In this document: positions 57,459 through 64,000 of the stretch, piece after piece | How positions within the stretch are numbered: position 1 is the stretch's first letter | Layout of the letters: each line of letters opens with the position of its first letter | Assembly: GCF_006345805.1 (NCBI RefSeq) | Contig: NC_043003.1 | Location: 97,898,001 to 97,962,000, forward strand | Direction of reading: 5' to 3' | Length of the DNA: 64,000 nucleotides | DNA from: Octopus sinensis | Lineage: Eukaryota | The notes under the pieces: model-generated | The model's input: the letters and a program-made list of their open reading frames with translations, nothing else | Database searches by the model: none | Told to the model about the DNA's origin: nothing | Translations under genes and position numbers: made by a program

Positions 57459-57540
<82 letters not shown>

Positions 57541-58139
57541 CCGCAAAGATTTATTGCAACGGCATGTTGTAAGATGTGAAAGATGAAAGAACAATGAGTG
57601 AAGTCGTAAAGAATTATCTATTTACCGTTACATTAATATATGCCATACCACGACGGATAGGCTAGTGTAATAGTTTAACACACTTCGTAAAGCATGCAAG
57701 GTAAAGAAAGTTAATTTTGGCCTGCATATGTGTGTACACGATCTCATAGTCGTATATAAAGAGAAATATTGTAATGTTACAGAGAAAAGGAAGTTAGTGA
57801 AAATGAGAGTAGTGGGATGAAACAACTGCTTCGTTGGTGAGTCACCATACTTGTACTTTTGTGCCTTTTCCTTTAGAGACGCCATTTTGTTCAGCCGATC
57901 AGCCAGACTCGGTTCTCACTAATTGACTTTGGCTTACGGAGTTCTTGTTTTGATAACTATCCAAAACCAGCCAGAAGGATAGACATATTGTTGAGAACAA
58001 TTGATTTCGTTGGCGGTCTGTTATCTCTATTCTAGCTTTTGGTGGCCTAAAAGAGGTTAGAAGGGTCAAGTGCAAAGACGTTATTCTGCTTAGCGAAGAC
58101 ATCTGGCAAATGTAACTGCTGTCACTCACAGAAAAATGA

Positions 58140-60262
58140 CACTGGTCAACAACCAATTTTCATCAGGGATATTATATGGTGTTTTATATGTAGTTTTGTC
58201 CGCAGATTTCAAAAATGTAATCGGTTTCCTTCTATCAGGCAGTTTTTCTGATGAGATATGAGATGTACATAACTCCCATCAGCAATATCGCTACATGTAA
58301 ACATCCTATACAGGTAAATTCTGACTATGTCAAGGCATTACAAGAACAGTCCTGATATATTTTGTCATGTCTGTGGTTCATTTATCACTAAAAATCTTAA
58401 TATATGTGCCTTCACAAATGAAATCAAGAAGATCTACCAGTTATACTTTGGCTGCTCTCTCAGGGATCAAGATAAGAGTTGGGTCCCACACATCACCTAC
58501 TCAGCTTGTTCAAATGAACTAAAGAATTGACTAAAGAAGGGGAAGAGAGCAATGCCGTTTGCAATACTTATTATATGGAGAGAGCCAGAGGATCATTTCA
58601 TGGACTGTTATTTCTGCAACATTAATAATGGGTGAGGATTTACTGTAAAGACCAAGCATAAGATTGTGTATCCCAACTTGGAATCATCAAGAAGACCAGT
58701 ACCACACAACAATGATCTTCTTATTCCAATACCACAAGAAAATGGCCTTCAGATGTCTGACGAAGATATATTTCCTGAAGAAAATACTACTGCTGTGGAA
58801 GACACCGATGCAGATTTCATGATTGAAAATGAAGACGTACCACAGAAATTTTCTCAAGGAGAGTTAAATGATTTAGTTAGAGACTTGTCATTGTTGAAGG
58901 ATAAAGCTGAACTCACCTACAAGAAAAGTGTCTGCTTAAGAAAGATGTTTGTATTACTCATTTAAGGAAGAGAAATAGGGATCTGACTTTATGCTTCTCT
59001 GTTGATGGACCACTTTGTTTCAGTAATAACACTGATGAGTTATTTCGCTGTTTGTTCCAAGAGCATGTTCCAGCTGAGTGGCACTTTTTCATTGATTCAT
59101 CTAAGAGAAGCCTCAAGGCAGTAATACTACACAACAGCAATAAGAAACCATCTATTCCCATAGGACATTCAGTGCACTTGAAGGAGTGTTATGAAAACAT
59201 GCAAGTACTCCTCAATGCCATAAAGTATACAAACTACAGCTGGAAAATATGTGGAAACTTGAAGGTGATTGGAATGTTGATGGGAATGCAATCTGGGTTT
59301 ATCAAATATTGATGCTTTTTATGCCTATGGGACAGTCATGCAACTAACAAGCACTATGTGAAATCAGAGTGGCCTTTGCAAAACTCATATGAGCCGGGAG
59401 TTTCTAGCGTCCAGAGTAAGCCACTTTTAAACCAGAAAATGTTCTTCTTCCCCCTCGTCACATAAAGTTTGGCCTCATGAAACAATTCATGAAGACATTT
59501 GCCAGGAAAAACTCAAAAGGTTTTGAATATGTGAAGGCCAAATTTCCAAAAATCACCGTGGCAAAACCAAAGGAGGGCGTATTCATAGGGCCGCAGATAA
59601 AAGAACTCTTGAAGGACAACCACTTCCTCACAGCACTGGATGAGATTGAGCCTAAAGCCTCGGAATCTTTCAAATGTCTCTGTGAAAATTTCCTAGGCAA
59701 CAAGAGATCTTTAGAGTTTAGAAATGGAGTGAAATGTCTTCTAGACTCCTACGCTGCAATGGACTGTTGGATGTCACTAAAAGTCCATTTCCTTGATTCA
59801 CATCTGGACTTTTTGCAGAGAACCTTGGAGCAAGGGGGACGCTTTCATCAAGATATTGCATCGATGAACAACGATATCAAGGATTTTGGGGGATGCAGGA
59901 ATGTTAGTTGACTACTGTTGGATGTTATACAGGGATGAACCTGAGACAAAACACCATAGAAAGTCCAAATCCCAAAGATTTTAAGTTGTTATGCATTTAA
60001 GTGTATTCTAACTTATTTGTACACAATAATTTTAATTTTGTACAATAAAAAGCCATGAAATTATCATATCTCGTATTCAATATACTTTATATAGACATGC
60101 TTTACGTATCCTATAAGTTAAAACAGCAGGTATCATTAACATGAAAATGTGACCTGATAGAAGAAATCGAACTTCAGATTCGTAATCAGCATCAAAAATT
60201 AACCCAGAAAAATCAATCAGCAAATCTGTTGATTAAATAAAGTTTCATTTTGTTGACCAGTG
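58140..60262 (+). mobile_element. Second Chapaev3-like DNA transposon, 2123 bp, decayed
   Basis: 13-bp TIR CACTGGTCAACAA / TTGTTGACCAGTG; flanks TGA / CTA do not form a TSD. Confidence 0.82.
58327..59984 (+). pseudogene. Chapaev3-like transposase, frameshifted
   Basis: MSRHYKNSPDIFCHVCG, WVPH, YPNLESSRRPVPH, FIDSSKRSLKAVILHN, WKICGNLKV, GVFIGPQIK, MSLKVHFLDSHLDF, GGRFHQDI. Confidence 0.8.
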
Positions 60263-60579
60263 CTATTGTTTTACCGTGAGAAAAGTGTTGTTGAACTATT
60301 AAGTGAAATTTGGCTATCGAGGATTGAGCCCACGCTATGCCTGCATGAAGCCACGGTGCTCAGAAAGTTTCCCTGCAGTAAATATTTTATTGCAAAATAA
60401 ATATTTATAAGATGTTTTTAAGACTACAAAAGAATATATTAGACTTTACAAAAATTTTAAAAAGCTTTATAAAAGGTGATGAAAGTATCGTCGTTCATTT
60501 TCTATATATAAAATTTAATTTCTTTTTTACTGCCATGTGAGCATTTCCTAGGCTGATTTCCGTTTCCTGTAACAATTTA

Positions 60580-60977
60580 CGTAAGGACTTTCACGGGTTG
60601 CCAACAGTTTATCAGAAATATTGGAGAATGTTTCGTCTGAAATAACTGTAGGTCTATCGCTTCTTGCTGCGTCTTCCACTGAGCCTATGTTTCTAAATTT
60701 TTTTATCACATCCCGCACAGTGTCACGATGTGGAGCAACAGCACTTGGAAAATTTACATTGAACTTCCGTTTCACAGTATCTGTGTATTTGTTTCCAGCT
60801 CGAAACACCCATTCGACTAAAAACGTACGTTTTTCAATGGTTTGCATGTCGATACGCTGAAAGGTATACAATGACTGAGGAACAATAGCTGACACCCGGA
60901 CGCCCAAGCAGTGATAGCCAAGTTGCGCATGCGCAGGATGAGAGAATTCACTGCGGAGAGACTTTTTGAATACCCTG
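60580..60977 (-). mobile_element. Tc1/mariner 5' fragment (DUF4817-like HTH N-terminus)
   Basis: TIR-like CAGGGTATTCAAAAAG at 60977; ATG at 60847 gives [12 protein letters not shown]...F...P..PHRDTV..VIKKFRNIGSVEDAARSDRP. Confidence 0.75.
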
Positions 60978-61000
60978 TGTGTGTGTGGTGTGTGTGTGTG

Positions 61001-61050
<50 letters not shown>

Positions 61051-61059
61051 TACACACAC

Positions 61060-61092
<33 letters not shown>

Positions 61093-61179
61093 TGTATGTA
61101 TGTATGTATGTATGTATGTATGTATATGACCGCTAAATCCACAAGTTTTTTTTATTCTCTCTCCTTTTTTTTCTTATTC

Positions 61180-61215
61180 CTTTCTGTTGAAGAGCGTAAG
61201 CTCGAAACGTAAAAG
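61180..61215 (+). ncRNA. Minimal hammerhead-like motif
   Basis: CTTT CTGTTGA A GAGC GTAA GCTC GAAA CG TA AAAG; A6 position is U. Confidence 0.55.
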
Positions 61216-61440
61216 ACTTTTTTACTTTCCCAAGTGCCAAATACCTGCTTGTTGTTGTTCATACACCCGTCTTCATTTTTTGTTTTTCGGTAAATTTCAA
61301 CTATATATATATATAGTTATCATCAAACAATAGTATATATATATACATACATACTAGCAGAGGCAATTAAATGTTTCCCTTATATATTGGAGGAAAAAAG
61401 CAAAATATGTTGAATAGAAATTTGTTATTCTAAATTCAAC

Positions 61441-61535
61441 TTACCTTACCTTGGAGAGAAGCAATGTTACAAATGTTTTACCTGTGCCACCAGGAGCATC
61501 AACAAAGAAAATTCTTCTGCTTTTTCCTGGCGATT
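61441..61535 (-). pseudogene. Helitron PIF1-like helicase motif I scrap
   Basis: IFFVDAPGGTGKTFVTLLLSKVR (Walker A context typical of RepHel proteins). Confidence 0.75.
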
Positions 61536-61961
61536 GTGACACGCCGCACGCACGCATGCACACACACACACAGATATATATATAGTATGAAACATCAGAT
61601 GAAATGGACGCGTGTGTATGTGTACGGATGTGTGTGAGAGAGAGAGGGGGGAGAGAGGGAGTGAACGAGTGAGTGAAGGAGTGTGTTGTCTTGTATACGT
61701 ACATACATAAATAAATAGGCATACATTTTTCTTGTATGTATATGTGCCTGTGTGTGAGAAAGAAAAGAGAGAGAAAGAGAGAGAGAGCTACTTAAACATC
61801 TCTATCTCTCTCACACACACACAAAAATTGTTTAAATAAAAGCATGTTAAAAAGTATCGTTTACCGAATATTTAAATTCCTGAACTTCGTAAATAATTCT
61901 TTCAGTAATTTAGCGTAGTTGTGTACAAATAGTGAACATTAAAATAGAAGCTGAGAGACTT

Positions 61962-61988
61962 CGCCATTTTCACGTCAATACCGGAAGT
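61962..61988. promoter_or_regulatory. Candidate housekeeping promoter motif cluster (YY1, CRE-like, ETS)
   Basis: CGCCATTTT (61962), CACGTCA (61971) and CCGGAAGT (61981) within 27 bp of otherwise AT-rich unique DNA. Confidence 0.45.
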
Positions 61989-62174
61989 TGTCATTGAGAA
62001 ACCTTTTTAATGAAGTGAATCGTAAATATAAAGCAATATTTTTTATTTTTGATAAAAAGATCAAATGAAGCCCTTATTATATGTTCGAGGTCAAATTAAT
62101 CATGCATCACAAGTATGGAAGTAATTGGTGAAGCTGTTTTCAAGTGAAAAGCGAATACACACACATCCCTATTT

Positions 62175-62208
<34 letters not shown>

Positions 62209-62224
62209 CACGTTGAATAGGACA

Positions 62225-62932
62225 TCATGGGTTCGTTCGGCGGTCGAGCTGAAGATCAACCGTACGAAAACCAAGTACATATGATCTGAGGGCGTACCAA
62301 TCGGTCGCCTAACAGGCGGAGGCGATGAAATAGAAGAGATGAGCAGCTACGTGTATTTCGGTCAAGAAGTGACTATGAGTCGAGAGAGTGAGAATGAGAT
62401 CTCACGAAGTGTAAGAGGAGGATGGAGAGCATTCAACTCGGTGAAGGATGTACTGAAGGTGAACCTAGACAAAGCAACTCACGCCAGTCTCTTCAACAGT
62501 ACAGTCTTACCTGCAATGCTATATGCATCTAAGACTTGGGCCTTAATAAAGAAACAGAACATCTGCTTACGGCGCAGAGAGCCATTGAAAGGTCGGTGTT
62601 GAGAATCTCGCTGAGAGATCAAATCGGAACGAGGAGAACAGGGAAAGAACTGGAGTGAAGGACATCGTCGAAAAATACCACCATGCAAAGCTACGACGGT
62701 CGGTCATGTCGTAGAGTTCACAGACGATCGGTGGACGCGTACAGTTGTCGAGTGGTACCCGCGCGAATGGAAGAAACCACTCGGAAGACCTCCAATAAGG
62801 TAGGAAGATTATTTAGGAAAGATTTTGGAACAACATGGAAGAGAATGTCGAGAGCACAAAGGGAACGGACCGAATGCCAACGGAGCCGACTCAACACCAG
62901 ACAGCCTGACCGATCCAGTTGATCCAGGTAAT
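62225..62932 (+). mobile_element. RTE-clade LINE 3' fragment
   Basis: YVYFGQEV...NEISRSVRGGWRAFNS...LFNSTVLPAMLYASKTW, then GHV.EFTDDRW...EWYPR..K..GRPP in another frame. Confidence 0.85.
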
Positions 62933-62933
62933 C

Positions 62934-63460
62934 TCTTGTATAAAATCCGTTCTGTCTGTGTGTGTGTCTTCTCGGATCTTGAGCTTCCTCCATCCGATTA
63001 CGCTCAAATTTGATATGTAGATACCGACGGTATCAAGGCGTATATAAGTCTTGAAAAAATTACAAAACTCGATTCCAGGTGAGAATGCGATCGATAAAGC
63101 CGTTTTTGTCCTGCTTTTCTTCCGTCAACCCATACATAACTGCACGTTTTGTACTGCTTAAAGGCACGTTTCTTTCCTGCCAAGCTTACTGTTTAAACCA
63201 TGTTTGTGTTCTCCCAGACAACAGCCTTATCATTACTGGTACTTTAAACTCTTCGGTTGCATATTTGTGGGAATAAAATCGTTTTTCTTTGGAATAGAAA
63301 AAAAGTCTATCTTTATTTCTTCTTTTGCTAGTGTCTCAAATTAAGTTAAATCAGTGTTTCTCAAAGGGGAGGCCTATGGGACGGTCGGACAAATTGTTTT
63401 GAGAAAACTTGGTTTAAATGTTGACAACTCAGCACTGTCCATTGGATGGAGGGGTTGCTC
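62934..63460 (+). mobile_element. Helitron-like repeat (copy 2)
   Basis: Homologous to 6767-7165 at both ends but with a different ~210-bp internal segment. Confidence 0.55.
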
Positions 63461-63461
63461 G

Positions 63462-63560
<99 letters not shown>

Positions 63561-63806
63561 GCATACATACATACATACTACATACATACATACATACATA
63601 CATACATACATACATACATACATCTATAAAAGGGAAAGGTATGTTATATTAAATCTCTGACCGATTATATATATATATATAATATATATATACATACAAT
63701 ACATACATACATACATACATACATACATACATACATACTACATACATACATACTACATACATACATACATAAAAGGAAAAGGTATGTTATATTAAATCTC
63801 TGACCG

Positions 63807-63849
<43 letters not shown>

Positions 63850-63931
63850 GTGAAAAGGAACACACGAGTTGATATATATGAAAAAACAAGTCAAAATAGA
63901 AAATGCTAAAATAATTTTATAAAGAACATTT

Positions 63932-63969
63932 CAGTACCGGTTTCGGTCATTTTGAGACCTTTTCAACTG
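63932..63969 (-). ncRNA. Minimal hammerhead with U3-A8 core variant
   Basis: Minus strand CAG TTGAAAA GGTC TCAAAAT GACC GAAA C CG G TA CTG. Confidence 0.7.
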
Positions 63970-64000
63970 TAACGATTAAATAATTAAATTTAGAAAAATT

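Overview
AT-rich, microsatellite-saturated, non-coding eukaryotic DNA with one 100-N gap (55189-55288). The SINE families present are the kind I associate with octopus/cephalopod genomes; this is recognition, not a database match. No intact host gene or intact transposon ORF is visible, and nearly all ORFs in the supplied track are translations of simple repeats. Recognisable content: about 20 tRNA-derived SINE copies or fragments, two ~2.1 kb decayed Chapaev3-like (CMC) DNA transposons, three Tc1/mariner fragments, several Helitrons (including a tandem array and a helicase scrap), a 5'-truncated R4/Dong RLE retrotransposon sitting in (TAA)n, a second RLE element in (ACAT)n, and RTE-clade LINE fragments. 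The most striking unexplained structure is a dense set of type I hammerhead-ribozyme-like motifs: about 10 with a recognisable core plus several relics and half-motifs. They lie in several unrelated short non-coding repeat families, have minimal palindromic stem III, mostly point their 3' ends into (TA)n tracts, and often occur as fold-back (inverted) pairs. This fits non-autonomous Penelope-like elements or retrozymes. All ribozyme folds were assigned by eye, and activity is untested. Three ATGGCG/YY1-type promoter or first-exon candidates on the minus strand are flagged at low confidence.
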